A stretch of 64,000 nucleotides of DNA from the human T2T-CHM13v2.0 reference genome, Homo sapiens (GCF_009914755.1 NC_060934.1), one strand, 5' to 3'; positions 37,937-52,347 are shown, numbered from the stretch's first letter. The notes: generated by a model not told the origin, from the sequence alone. Translations and numbers: made by a program.

Positions 37937-38989
37937 TGATTGCAAAGCACTCTATATGGTATGATTCAATTTCTCTTTTAAATTTGTTTGAATTGCAAGG
38001 AAGTGGGTACGTTCAAGTTAGACTTTATATACCTCTGTAACAAGCAATATTGTAAAACCAGCATGTTTTGCTTTTCCAGTTTCTAAGCAAAACTAAAAGT
38101 AAAAAGGAATTGGAGTCCATGGGATACACCTTTCATGGTAAATTAGTAGCAGTGTTTCTCGTTTGTCCTGAATCCTTGTGAACCTGCTGGGGGTCCTAGC
38201 TAGTCTTGGTGTAGGCTGGACCTTGGGCTGTGCCCTATGCCTTCCTGCTAGGGGAGTTGAAGAAGGACAGGAGGAGGCATGAAACATGCCTGGTTTCATC
38301 CCATGGCTTCAGGAAAATCACTCCAGAGCCTAGATCAAGTTAATAGGAGAAACACTGCAAAGAGTAATATAGCTACCTATATTACGGACAGATGAAAAGG
38401 TATTTATTTGACCCAGTAAGTACAATCTACCATGCCTGCGGCACATCCTGAAGGAATATTACTGGGGGCCTGACTGCATGACTGCTCTTTGATTTATGGA
38501 GCCAAAGTGAATGAAAGGCAGGGTCAATACAACTGCCTTTCGGCTCCACTTTCCATTCCATTTCATAGAGCAGGTGAAAAGATATGCCTGCCTATAACAG
38601 GACTGGGTGAAACTCAGGAACCTCCAATGGAACATTTGCATGTCTGTGTCAGTGGGCATTTCTGTCATCCAAGAGGGGACTTCCATCTGAGGTGGCTTTT
38701 GAGGCAGGAGCATAGCTCCGTCAGGAGGAGGCCTGAGCTAAATGCACATTGTCCATGCTGGGAGCTTTCTGGGCAGGGCTCAGGGGGACGGGTTGAGGGG
38801 GCTTGTCTAGGAGCTGGATTTCTGAAACGTGATACATGGCTCCTGTTTCCAGTGGATCAGCCTGCCTTTCAGAACCTACAGGAGACTGTACTTCCAAGAA
38901 ACAAGTGCTTTCCTGAGGGACTAATCTGCCTGCCCCCCACTTGAGTGCTGACACCAAGGCTGAAGGCAAATCCCGGCTGGAAGACGAGG

Positions 38990-39134
38990 ATGTAGTGGGC
39001 TTGGGTGTGAGACAGATTTGGTTTCAAACCATAACTTTGGGAAAGTCACTTCCCTGAACCTTGTTTTCTTCCTCTATAAAATGGGCACAATATTATCTTC
39101 TTCATGGAGCTGCTCTACAGATTCAGTGAAATAA
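38990..39134 (+). mobile_element. MIR (continues 39573-39625 after the LTR)
   Basis: aagtcacttccctgaacc...ctataaaatgggcacaat. Confidence 0.65.
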
Positions 39135-39572
39135 TGGATTTGTTTCCCAGGGCTGTTGTAAGACAGCACCACAAACTGGGTGGCTTAGACAACAGACGTT
39201 TATTGTAGCACAATTGTGGGGGCTGGAAGTTTGAGATTAAGGTGCTGGTAAGTTTTGTTCCTCCTGAGGGCTGTGAGAGAGAATATGTTCCAAGATTTTC
39301 TCTGAGTTTCTGGTGGTTGATTTCAATGTTTAGTATTCCTAGGCTTGTAGAAGCTTCACCTGGATCTCTGCCTTTATCTTCACATGTTATTTTCCTTCTA
39401 TGTTTGTCTGTGTCCAAATTTCCCCTTTTTATAAGGACTCCAGTCATATTGGATTATCAGCCTACCTTAATGACCTGTAATGACCCTATTTCCAAATAAC
39501 GTCCCATTCTGAGGTAGTTAGGGTTAGGACTTCAACATATGAGTGAGGGGAGGCACAGTTTAACCCAGAGCA
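39135..39572 (-). mobile_element. MLT1C LTR
   Basis: cagggctgttgtaa...caccacaaactgggtggctta...ttataaggac...ttaggacttcaacatatga. Confidence 0.88.
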
Positions 39573-40063
39573 AGTGGCACATGTAAAGTGACTGGTGTAA
39601 CATAGCTCCTGAATGAATAGTAGCTCTCTTTGTCCACCAAGTCCCCCCTTGCCAGCATCTAGACGGAAAGAGGCAATGAAGGTGGAAGAGGGAAGCCACA
39701 TATGTCTCAGTGGGTTCTTTAGGTTGGGAGTCACCCACCCCACACAGCTTCTGCCCAGTCTCTCCCACTCCAAGAGCCCATCCATCAGTTCGTTTGGCCA
39801 GCAGGCAGCAGCATTTCCCCAGAGCCCCAGGAGCTCTTGTCTGCTGTCGTTTGCTGATAAGCCAATGCTTGCTGACGCGTGTCCTGATTTCAGAGTGTGT
39901 CTGCCTCTCTCCTCATCCTGTGGCCATGCTATGGTAGCTGAGAGCAGGGATCTGCCACTCCATCGCTGTGCACCTTTGACCCAGCTGGGGTCTCACAGAG
40001 ATAGTCTCTAGTGAAGGTTTGAAGGATGTAGAAAAGAAGGAACAGCAGCTTCAATAACAAGAT

Positions 40064-40648
40064 TGTCATAAATTTGTTTAATATAATCGCTGCCTCAGCA
40101 TCCATTTTTATGCCTGACATAAGCTGTTTGGAACTTAGTTGTACCCAGTCGCCTTTAGACTCAGAACTTCCTCTCCCCGTGTGGCTGTTCCTCATCCCAC
40201 TGACCCAAAATCCAATACCTGACCATAATAACACCAAATGGTCATGCCAGAGTCAGGAAAATAAGTCCCCATTTCAAGAGTGTTTTCTTTAAACCAGTCA
40301 GTCCACAACCCCAAAGGAAAGCCTAAGGATAATGCCCATGAGTCTTAATAAAAGCAGAGTCCCACAAGTGTTCTCTCTTCCTCACCCACTGGGTAAGCTG
40401 CCTGCCACCTCCTGACTTCCTGTAGGCCTCTAGTGTGCAACCATCTGCTGTGAGGCCTGTGAGTGAAATGTTTTCCCTGTTTCATGCATTCTGGTTTCAC
40501 TTCTTCACTGTGTCTAACCTGACACACACACCTGAACCTAATTTCCCCCATCAGAGCTCCACTAGAGAGTGGCTGTCTGGGCTCACGGCCACTCTCAAGA
40601 GACACCACAAGACCCAGTGGAAAGAAACTAGCAATACAAATCACAACA
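40064..40648 (+). mobile_element. ERVL solo LTR (MER74/MER54-like)
   Basis: tgtcat...ctcagcatccattttt...ctgacccaaaa...cttaataaaag...cacaaca; TG/CA ends. Confidence 0.65.
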
Positions 40649-41345
40649 AAAGGGGGACCTGTTCAAATGCCTGCCTCCGCACCCCGCTCCCGCCCCACCC
40701 CCACCCTGCCCCCCAGCCATCTCGCTCTAGAAATCCCCCACCATGTGCAAAGAGATCCTGTCTCTCTGGGCATCAGCATAGAGGACCGCTGGCCAAGCCA
40801 CCAAGCACTTGGCTCACATAATAAACCAAAACCTGTTAAAGCTCCGTGCTACTTGAAAAGGACAAAAAGACAAATGTATGTAGAACAGGGTCCAGGCTGA
40901 CCTCAGTTCCCATGGGAGATAGCAACATGCCATCAGCAACTGTTCCCAAGCAAAGCAGCAGGCACTGGCCATAGGAGACAGCCTGGGCTCAGAAGGCTGT
41001 GGGGGAGGACCTGGCTCCTGCTCTGTCTACCTTTGTGTCTTGGGTTCCAAATATATTCTGTAGAAATTCCAGATATCACTCAATCTCAGAACCTCCATGT
41101 CTGAGTCTTAAAAACTGGGTTAAAGATGCCTCCTTTGATATAAGAATTAAGGAAAACATGACTGTAGATTTGTAAAGAGTAGGGTTTTCATGGAAATCTT
41201 TACTTTGCAGGGGCATACCTGCAACATGCTGGCCTCACAATACACACTAACGGAAGTTTCTACATTATCCTCAGAGGTTACCCCAGGACATTTTGCATCA
41301 CTGAGCACTGTGAGAAATTTTCTTACCTTGTGTTTTATTCAGTGA

Positions 41346-41716
41346 TGTTGTAAACTGAATGTTTGCGTCTCCCCCAAATTCCTATGTTGAAGCCCTAAAG
41401 CCCTAGCCTGCAGTGGTGATTGTATTTGGAGGAGACTTGGGGAGGTAATTAGGGTTAGATGAAGTCTGAGTGAAGGCCCTCACGATGGGATTAGAGCTTT
41501 AATAAAAAGAGATACCACACCTTTCTCTCTCCACCACCTGAAGACCCAGTGAGAAGGCGGCTGTCTGCAAGCCAGGAAGAGAGCCTTCATCAAACCCAAC
41601 CATGCTGGCACCTGATCTCACACTCCCACCCTCCAGAACTATGAGAAAATAAATTTCTGTTGCTTAAGCCACCCAGTATGTAGGATTTTTGTTATGGCAG
41701 CCTGAGCAGAATAATT
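41346..41716 (+). mobile_element. MLT1A LTR
   Basis: ctgaatgtttgcgtctcccccaaattcctatgttgaagccct...ccagaactatgagaaaataaatttctgttg. Confidence 0.9.
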
Positions 41717-41863
41717 TGAGTAAAAATCTATTTTTATTCTTACTCATTAATAATTCATTGACTTTCTTACAACATTCAAATGCAATGAAAAACATTAAAA
41801 AATAATTCTCTTTAAAGAATATCTAGGAGAGAAAAACAAAGCAGCTATTTTTATATTTTATAG

Positions 41864-42186
41864 CTGAGCTGTCTAATATGGTAGCCAACTACCACATGTG
41901 GCTACTAAGCACTTGAAATGTGGCCAGTCCTAATTGAGATGTGCTGCACATGCAAATTACACAACGGATTCCAGACTTACAACAAAAACAGAATATAAAA
42001 GTCATAATTTTTATATTGATTACATGTTAAAATACTAATGTTTTGGATCCATTAAGTTAAATAGCACATACGATTAAACTTAATGTTATCTGGTTTTCTC
42101 TTTTTCAATGTGGCTATGAGAAAATACGACATGACACATTTGCTTCATATTTGTGGCTTGCCTTCTATTTCTATTGGACAGCACTG
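41864..42186 (-). mobile_element. MER33 (hAT-Charlie)
   Basis: gctgtctaatatggtagcca...ccacatgtggcta...tttctattggacagcactg TIRs. Confidence 0.85.
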
Positions 42187-42199
42187 GTCTAAAGTCTGA

Positions 42200-42448
42200 A
42201 GCAGTAGACAAAGCATGGGCTTTTGAATCAAGAAGCTCTGCATTCCCATCCAAACTATGTCATGACCAGCTTTGTCAACATAGGCAAATGACTTCACCTC
42301 TGTGACCCTCAGCTTTCCTGTAAATGAAATGGAGAAAAGAGCATATTTCACAGTGTTATAGTGAAGACTACCAGTGGTGGTGGAATCAAGTATGTAGAAT
42401 GCCTAGCAGGAGTTTGCTACCTAGTAAAAACTCAATCAATGTTTGCTT
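42200..42448 (+). mobile_element. Near full-length MIR
   Basis: ggcaaatgacttcacctctgtgaccctcagctttcct...ctcaatcaatgtt. Confidence 0.75.
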
Positions 42449-44901
42449 CCAACCCCATAGTTAGTAGGAAGAGAAAACCATGCTGTCAACGCTCTCCTAA
42501 TCAGCACCAGCTGCAAGGCTAGTGGCTTTGTAAAGATGGAGCTCTGAGCAGCACAGACAGTGAGAAGAAGTCAAGGAACACCGAGAAAGTTGTCAATATT
42601 ATTCTGTTTGAAAAGTTTACTTTTGGGGGAACATCTTTTCAAGGTACCTGCTTGCATTTCTTTAAAGCTTCCTCTGCAACATGGTTTATGTCCTTAATCA
42701 GTAGGGAATTGTGATGGGTCAATATTGATGCAATGCTGTGTGTTTTGTAAACAAGTCCCAGCTGCACAGAGCTTGTTCCACTCCCATCCTCCCCATCTCT
42801 CACACATACCTTGGAAGGTCCATGTGGATCTTCACACCTCCCAGTTCACAAGCGTCACTATGCCTGGCAGCAACTCCAGGAATTACATTTTATGTCGTGA
42901 TCATAGAGATTTGTTGGAGATGATTGGTCTCTTCAGTGCCAGTCTTCTAAATAGACTTGAGATAAAATACAATCAAGAAAACTTGAATATGGAGAGAAGA
43001 CCAGTGTCTTGATGTAGTAGCCCAGATATTCATATTAAACACCTGGGGATACTCACTGAGTGTAAACTGGGTCTAAGAGCATGGTGGGCTGTGGCTGCCC
43101 ACACTCCGCAAGGCTGGAGTGTGATGGAGTCTGGAGGCACAGGGTATCCAGAGCATGAGTACCAGTAGCTCCCCTGGGGTGCTGGGGGTTGGACTGAAGA
43201 CTTGTGTAGTTTTCCACCCACATTCTATGAGGGAAAGGGACTCGTCCTAGGAAGAGTGAGCAGGTAGGATCCAGGTCATGTGGAAACAAGTGAAGGAAGA
43301 GAAGTGTTTAATCCGGAAAGAAGACAGACACTTGGGACATCTAAACATTGGACTCATTGCATGCAAAGAAAGTTCTCACCTTGCTCTGCTGGCTCCTTTG
43401 GGTGGAAGAATGGACAGTGGGTGGACTCTTCTGGGAGACAGACGATTTGTTCCCATAAGAAAGAGGATAATTATTTACCTAAGTCCTTCTTTATTTCTAA
43501 AAAGATTCGAAGTAAGTGAAAAGAACAAAGTGGTCCACAAATGCAACAGATTGTTTTGCTAGGCTGTGGTATGTGCCTCTAATGGTGGCCAAGTAGTTGT
43601 CACCCGTGCTCCAGCATGGAAGTCTTTGTTGAGGGTGGACCTCCAACCATGGGTATGGAAGTGCAGCCACAATTCTTGCATGACAACACTGGGACCTTCC
43701 CATGAAGCTCAGCTACACAGCCAAGTCTGTGAGGTTGCAAAGTTGGCTTGGAACCTTCCTTTCTCCTGAAAAATGTGTCCTCCTCTAGTAAAGTTCACTT
43801 TCCCAGTCCTTGACCAAGCCCTGGTGACCACAGGCTCCTGGCCTCACCATCAGGCATGGGGACTCCCAGACCAGCCCTCTCTCCAGTGCTCATATACAAA
43901 GGAAAATTAAAGCCAACAGTAGAATATGCAACAACTGAAGAGGAAGGACGAAGCCGGAGGCAGGTTGGAAGAAGAGTCTGACGCCCCCGGGGGGCCTCTG
44001 GGCTGGAGAGGAGGCATCCTTCCCAAAGCAGCATGTGCCTATCCCTGGTGGGGATGCTGTTGTTTTTGCCAGCTCTGCCTGGGCCCTGGACTAAGTAATC
44101 CCCCCAGGATGGGGTCTGTTTGGGCAGGGTAGGAGGTGTTTTCAGTGTTGTTCAGTTGCAGTTGCCTTTGGGGAATGGGAAAAAGTGAGTCAGACACCGT
44201 CCTTTGAACCTGGGAGCCCCTGCTGAACTTTGAAGAGACAGGAAGGAACCCTCATTAGTCACTCTGTTTCTGTGGGGCCACACTGGGGAACAAAGGCTGC
44301 TCACGTGTGTTGGCCTGACAGGCTTTCCACAGGCCGGGACCAGCATGCTCAGGGGCAATAGCTTCCAGTGGAATTGTTTAAGCCTAAGGAAGCACCCCCA
44401 GCCCAGAATGTTCTTCAGGGCCCCCACAGACCACTGCTGCCCACAGCCCTCACCAAGAGAGGAACATAGAGGGGAAGCGGGGAGGGGAGGAGGAGGCTAG
44501 TAATATAGCTCATAGTCAGACTCAGACCAATCTGCTGGTCTTGGACAAGGAGTTTTGTGAGCAGAGAACTCATGCTGCTCTCCTTGGGCACATGGAAATT
44601 GGAATCCTAAGGTTGGCCTCTCCCTTAGGAAACCAAGAACTTAAACGTGTATGTACTCCACTCTGGGAATGACCCTAAAGAATTGATCCTGGGTTTTCAA
44701 AAAATACACAAAAATGGTGACTTCAGTATTATTCATAACAGCCGAAGCTTACAATAGACCAGTTAACCAAAAATAGAGGATTGGCCAATTAATCTACTGT
44801 ATGTCCTCAGCCACGATCTGTAGGAAAAATTTATAAGCACATGGGAATATGTTTATGCATCCAGTAAAAAATATAAAATCATGATATGAAAGAGTGCAAT
44901 T

Positions 44902-45350
44902 CCATTCACAATAGCAAAGACATGAAATCAACCTAAATGCTCATCAACAGTGGACTAAATAGAGAAAATATGGTACACATGTACCATAAAACACTATGCA
45001 GCTGTAAAAAAGCGTAAGATCATGTCCTTTACAGCAACATGGATGCAGCTGGAGGCCATTATCCTAAGTGAATTAACACAGGAACAGAAAACAATATACC
45101 ACATGTTCTCGCTTATAAGTAGAAGCTAAACATTGAATACATGTGGACACAAAGTTGGAAACAACAGACACGGAGGCCTACTTGAGGGTGGAGGTTGGGA
45201 GAAGGGTGAGGGTCAAAAAACTACTTATCAGGTACTATGCTCACTAGCTGGGTAATGAAATTATTTGTACAGCAAACTCCAGCAACACGTAATTTAACAA
45301 ACCTGCACATATACCCCCTGAACCTGAAATAAAAGTTGAAAAAGAGAAAA
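44902..45350 (+). mobile_element. L1PA15/16-type 3' end inserted in an older L1ME (~44630-45550)
   Basis: gcaacatggatgcagctggaggccattatcctaag...aataaaagttgaa; degenerate TSD aaagagtgcaatt / aaagcgtgtaatt. Confidence 0.88.
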
Positions 45351-46497
45351 AAAGCGTGTAATTGTATCATCACAGCTGTGTAAAAGGACAAAAACATCCA
45401 CAGGAAAAGTCAAGAATGGAACAGCATCAAAATGGGCTTTAACTTTGTGTGATGGGAATGAGAATTATGTTTTCCTTTCTATTTGACATTTCCCAAACTG
45501 TCACTGATGAATGGATGTGTTTGATCACTATTTTTTTGCTTTACAAAATAACTTCAGGCTGAAACCAAGTCAACAGCCCTTCCATGAGTATGTACTTGGC
45601 TCATGGGAGGTCACAGAAGAAGCCTCTCCCTGCAAAGTATCCCATGTTGATGGGACTCAATGGAATTTAAAGACTCATAATCCACAGAAAGTTGCCTGGG
45701 GGTGGAGGTGCTGGCTCCATGATGCAGCTGTTGGTCCAAGCTTCATCTTGCCCTGTCCACAGGAGTCCTCACAAAGCCCCAGAGAAATCTGGCCATTCTC
45801 CAGGGGACCGAGCATCCCCCATGGTGCTGCATGGGAGGTAATGTCTATCCTCGGGGTGTCTCATGACGAAGCTCATGGATGGAGGACCCAGAGAGTTGAC
45901 TGGCCATGTGTGTTCTCAGCCCCAGGTAGTCAGCATTGAAGGAGCATCACTGACCAGAAAAGGAGGCAGATGGTCACCTGATCAGGTCTCCCTCTGTCCT
46001 CTCACTCTCACCTCCATCTCTTCTCACATTGACCGTCACAGGATAAATGATTTCCTCACTCTTCCCAAGGGTCTGGCCCCATGACAGAGAGGCACAAGTG
46101 CCACATGTGTCCCATTTACTGATCACGGAGACACTGGCAATCCTGTGTCAGGATGATGAGATGACTTGCACCTGGCAGGACTTGGCAAACATCTCTGTGT
46201 TTCTCCATCATCACTACTATTTTTCTGTTATCACCACCAAAAGAGGATGTTTTTGACAATGGGTATGCTTCCAGACCCCACAGACTTGTGCCACAACAGT
46301 GTCATGGTCCCAGAAAGAATATCTGTCTGTTAAGGGATTAAAAGCCATCAGCAAAATAATTACCTGCAGAATCTTCCACTGGGTCAACCTGAAGATGGAT
46401 ATATAATAAGCTCAGTGTTCCAAACACATCTGAAGATTTGGAAAGTACACCAGATATCACTGGAGCTGTGCACATGAGAAGTGCACTTGCTGTGTAT

Positions 46498-46585
46498 TTG
46501 CCCTTCTTACAAATGAAAAAACTAAGCTCAGAGAGGGAGGAAGTGGCTGGCCCAAATTCCTGGCAGAACCAGGACAAGATCTAAG
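46498..46585 (-). mobile_element. MIR fragment
   Basis: ttacaaatgaaaaaactaagctcagagagg. Confidence 0.65.
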
Positions 46586-47164
46586 ATGCATCACACCATT
46601 GGAACCCTTGTGACATAAGGCTCACATCTCACATGCATGCAGCTAAGCAAAAAAATGACCCAGGGAACATGCATATTTGGAACCTCATGTATCACTTCTT
46701 CTGGATGGCAAGGTCTTTCTGGAATCTCTCAACTCTCAAGATTTCAAGGAACTCCTGTTCTCTGCCTAAAAGGTCTGTTATCAGTTGCCACCCAGTGGGC
46801 AACCCACCCCCACCCACCCCCACACCATGACACACGAAGGAAAGGGCTCCTTGCTGCCTCCCTCCTGCCCCCATGGTACTCAGACCTATGGGCTCCTGCT
46901 TGTGCATGGAAAAAAGCCCAGCTTTGCCGGAAATCTCCTGATGGCCCCCAGAGTTCAGATAGTGAGTCTGGAATCTGCTTCCACCCCTGAGCAACAGGGC
47001 AGAGGAGTGGGAGAGACTTTGCTTAGGAAAAATTCTCACTGGACTCCGCCCTGCTTCAGACACTCATTTGGATTCCATTGCCATAATTGCCACGTATAAC
47101 AAATTTCTCCATGATAGTGTTGAGACTGCCGGTTTATGCATTCCCTTAGGGAAAGAAAAATAGC

Positions 47165-47330
47165 ATAGAGCGAACACCTACTATATGCCTTGTGGAACTG
47201 GGTAGAAGCAGTATGAACACCTCCATTTTACTACTGAGGAAACTGAGGCTCACGAAGGGTGAGCAACTTGCTCAAACTCACCTAGGCAGTATGCAGTGGA
47301 GCCGGGAATCCAAACTAGGTACGTTTACCT
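47165..47330 (-). mobile_element. MIR
   Basis: ccattttactactgaggaaactgaggctc...aacttgctcaa. Confidence 0.75.
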
Positions 47331-48499
47331 TCTCATCTTGTCCTGTCTCCTCCACACCTGGCTGTGGTCCTGAGTTCATTTCACCATAGTGCCATTAACC
47401 CTCACATTAAGGAGGAGAAAATGGAGGCCCAGTAAAATAGCATGGTGTTGTCTTCAAGCAAACATAGCAGGTAAAAGTGGCATTGTGTCCACTTATTTCC
47501 CAAAATTCCAGTAAAATGGCTAAATGGAATTAAAATCCATAAATCTATGAAGGAGAAAAGAAAAATAGAGGTGGCAGCGGATAAGAGATGTCAAAATTTG
47601 GAGAAGTTAGAAAGGTGAAAGCTAAGCCTACAGCAAGGAAGACAGTAAGAAGCCTGCAATCTGGCTCAGTAACACCTTGTAAGGGCTCTGGAATTGGAGG
47701 TTCCAGGAACGATAAAGGTGAGAATGAGATGTGGAGCTAAAAACAGAGGTTTTGTGGAACTCTGAATAAGAAAAAATGCATTCTCCTATCCTCTCCATAC
47801 CCAGCAGAACCAGGTGAGTTTCTTCCCAGAGCCCTCAGATCACTCGCGGTATCCGTCCTGGGGAACCTGGAGAGAAGACGCTCTGGATTCAGGGACGTGA
47901 GTTACTGCTAAGGACTTGTGTAAGTGCCTTACTCCAAAAGGGACGAAGCGAACTTCCAGATGAGCCTTCGCATCCTCCGCCCTTTCCCTCCTCCACTCCC
48001 TTAAGCCTGGCAGCTACATCTGCCCCTCCCCCAAGAGGAGATGGAAGCTCCAGAGCTGTCCAAGAGAAAATGAATTGACATTTGGGGTCCCTCAATGGAT
48101 GACCAGGTCCCTCCTAATCACACTACTGGGAAGGCTCTCAATAGACCAGCCCCAGCCCTCACTCACACACATGCCTGGGACTCAGAGTGTCCAATCAGCT
48201 TTTTGTGCCTTGGTCTGAATTTTAGTTTTATATTTTGTTTTGTTTAGATTTCAAATAGACGTGTTTGAATTCATGAAACTTCTCAGCTCAGCACACACTC
48301 TCACCATTGGCCCATGCAACGTTCTCTGTTGTTTTAGTCTGTTTCCCCTTTATCCTCAAGCCACAATCCTGTCTCCCCATAAGCAGTCATTATGATGTAC
48401 TTAATATAATTTCTTAAAATATATATTGTATTGTACATGTGCGAATTTCTAATTTACATATATGGTATTGAGATATTTCATTCTGTTTCTTACCTTCTT

Positions 48500-50195
48500 C
48501 GCTCAATGCTAGGTGCACTCTTTGTGGTGTACAGTTCTACGGACTTTGACAAAGGCATAGAGTCAAGTATCTATGACTCGAGTAGCATGCAGAACGTTCC
48601 ATCCCCCTAAACACTCTCTATTGAGGCCCTCTTGTGGTCAAACCTTCTCCCCTCCCCCAGCTCCTGGCAACTATTGATCCTTCCCATTCTGTAATTTTGC
48701 TCTTTTTAGAATGTCACATCAGTGGCATCTTTTGGGTCTAACTTCTTTTACTTAGACACATGTATTTGAAATTTATCCTTATTGTTATTAAGTCAGTAGT
48801 TTATTCCTTTTTATTTCTGAGTTTTATTCCACTGCATGGCATACCACAGTTTGTTGATCCATTTACCTGTTGAAGGATATCTTCATTATTCCCAGCTTTT
48901 GTTGATTATGAGTAACACCACGACAAGCAATTGCAAGTTTTTGTGTGGAAGGAAGTTTTCAGTTCACTTGAGTAAATACCTAGGTGTGGGAATGCTGGGT
49001 CATCAGGCAAGTGGAGTTTTATAAGAAACTACCAAAGTGTTTTCCAAAGTGTCTATACCATTTTGCATTCCTATCAATTACTAATGAGAGTTCCTATTGC
49101 TCCACATCCTCACCAACATGTGATATTGTCAGTAATTTTTTTTTCAATTTTAGACATTCTGATAGAGGAAGACTGCTGTCTCATTGTGATTTTAATTTGC
49201 ATTTCCTTAATGACTAATTCTGTTGAGCATTTTTTTAATATGCTAATTGCCATCTCTATAACTTTACTGGTAAATCATCTGATCAGATCTTTTGCCAGTT
49301 TTTAATTAGGTTGATATTTTTTATTGTTGACTTTTAAGAGTTTTTAATATTTTCTCAACACAAATTATGAGATACACAATTTACAAATATTGTCTCCCAA
49401 TCTCTTATTTTCTGTCTCCTATTTTTCTTCTAGAAATTTTTTTCTAGAAAGTTTATACTTTAGGTTTTACTTGTAAGTCAATGATGCCTTTTAAGTTTAT
49501 TTTTGTTACATACATGATGAGAATGAGGTGTGAATCAAAGTTTTTTTGTGCATATGGATATACAATTGCTCCATCACCCTTTGCTCAAAATACTATCCTT
49601 TCTTCACTGAATTGTCTTAGTATCATTTTCAAAATCAGTTGGCTATGTATGTGTGAGTCCATTTCTGGGCTCTTTACTTTGCTCCATAGTCTATTTGTCT
49701 GTCTTGACACAAATACTACACTGATTTGATTACTGCAGTTCCATAAGTTTTGAAATTGGTAAATGTTACTTTTCCAAACTTGTTCTTCTTTTTCAGGGTT
49801 TTGGTTATTCCAGGTCCTTTGAATTTCCATATGAATTTTAGAATTGTTTCTCAGTCTTACAGAAAAAATCCTTTTAGATTTTTATTAGCATAGCATTGAA
49901 TCTGTAAATCAATTTGAGGAAAATTGACATCTTAATATTAAGTCTTCTGATCTGTGAATACAGTGTTTCTCACCATTTGTTTAGATCTTTAATTTCTCTC
50001 AACAATGACCTAGAATTGTCAGTATCCTAGTCTTTCTTTATCAGATGTATCCCTAGATGTTTCACATTTTATCCTATTATAAATGGGGCTGTTTTCCAAT
50101 TTTAATTTCTGATTTTTTGATTTGGTAGATACACAATTTTTTACATTAAGCTTGTATTGTATAACTTTGTTACACTCATTTGTCAGTTCTAGTGG
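48500..50195 (-). mobile_element. L1MC-type 3'/ORF2 fragment
   Basis: tgtacagttctacggactttgacaaa 3' end; antisense ORF2 (track 49585-49830 L1-like peptide). Confidence 0.85.
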
Positions 50196-50445
50196 ATTTT
50201 AAATTTATTTTTAGTTGACAAATATTATATATATTTATGATGTACAACATGTTGCTTTGAAATATGTATACATTGTGGAATGGCTAAATGAGCTAATTAA
50301 CATCCATTACTTCACATACTTATCTTTTTGTGATGAGACACTTAAAATCTACTCTGCGCAATTTTCAAGAATCAATGCATTGTTATTTACTATAATCATC
50401 ATGTTGTACAGTAAGATCTCTTGACCTTATTCCTCCTATCTAACC
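50196..50445 (-). mobile_element. L1MA 3' end
   Basis: gtacaacatgttg...tatacattgtggaatggctaaat...acttaaaatctactct. Confidence 0.85.
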
Positions 50446-50702
50446 CTACTGACTTTTTAATAGATGCTCTTCTTTTTCAAAGTGTGTTAGTTATTCATAC
50501 ACTTTTATTCTTCCGTATAATTTTACAACCATTTTGTTGAGTTCATTAAACAAAACCTTCCAGAATTTTAATTGGAATCGCATTGGATTTATAGATTAAA
50601 TTTCAGAGGACTAAAATGAATACAATGCTAATTCTTTCCATGTATGAATCAGTTCTTATCTTAGACATTTTAATGAGGCATTCGTGTTGTCACCAAGAAG
50701 GC

Positions 50703-51207
50703 TGTGATGGTTAACTTGATGTGTTAACTTGACTTGGCTAAGGGGTGTCCAGACAGCTGGTAAAGTATCATTGCTGAGTGTTTCTGTGAGGGTAATTTCA
50801 GAAAAGATCCACATTTGAATGGAGGAACTGAGTAAAGCAGATGGCCCTTCCCAGTGTGGGTGGGCATCGTCCAATCCCTCGAGGTCCTGATTAGAATAAA
50901 CAGGCAGAGGAAGGGAGAGCCATTCTCTCTGCTTGAGTTGGGACATCCATATTCTCCTGCCTTCAGACGTCGGTGGTCCTGGTTCTCGGTTTTTGGGCTC
51001 AATCTGGGACTTACATCATGAGCACCCTGAACTTCAAGCCTGATTTACACCAGTGTCTTTCTTGGGTGTCCAGCTTGCAGATGGCAGATCATGGGACTTT
51101 TTGGCCTCTATAAATGTGTGAGCCAATTCTCATAATAAATCTATCTATTATGTATATCTATATATACCCTATTGGTTCAGTTCCTGTGGAGAACCCTGAC
51201 TAATACA
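50703..51207 (+). mobile_element. MLT2B (HERVL) solo LTR
   Basis: tgtgatggttaa...gtaaagcagatggcccttccca...ggagaaccctgactaataca. Confidence 0.9.
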
Positions 51208-51984
51208 AAAGAATTTCTATTATTTGCTAGCATAATTCCTGGGTCCCTCATTGTGAGTGACATCTGATCTCCTACTATTTTTCTAGTTAGATATCATTTC
51301 TATAAGCTTTCTGGCTTTTGGGAAATATATCCAGCCACATTACTGAACTTTCTTGTGACTTCTTGTAGATTTTGTCTTGTTTGTTTTGTTTCATTCTTGG
51401 GTTCCTAGTGACTATCTCTTCAATTTGAATGAATGGCAAAGGATCCTCAGGCATTTGAGGAGAGTCTGCAGCATGAAAGACAGATGCCAAATAAAACAGA
51501 GGTGATGCAGGAAGCAAAAGAAGACCTCCAATAGACTTGCATTAAGATTCTCAGAGAGGCCAGAGGAAAAAAAATTGCATTAAAAAAGAACAAGAAGGTA
51601 TAAGAATTAAACTCATAATAAAAAAGGATTATTAGAAATAAAAATACATAATAACTAAAATCTTTTAAACAACAAAGACATTTGGAAATAAAAGTTTAAA
51701 AAATTTGCCAGAAACTAGAACTGCAACAAAAAAAGATCGGCATTTTTTCATATATTTGCTGACCACATGTATGTCTTCTTTTGAGAAGTGTCTGTTCATA
51801 TCGTTTGCCCATTTTTAAATGAGATTCTTGGTTTTTTGCTTATTGAATTGTTGAAGCTCCTTACAAATTCTGGATATTCAACCTTTGTTGGATGTGTTGT
51901 TTGTGAATATTTTCTCCCCTTCTATAGGTTGTCTGCTTACTCTGTTGATAGTTTATTTTTCTGTGCAGAAGCTGTTCAGTTTAA

Positions 51985-52347
<363 letters not shown>

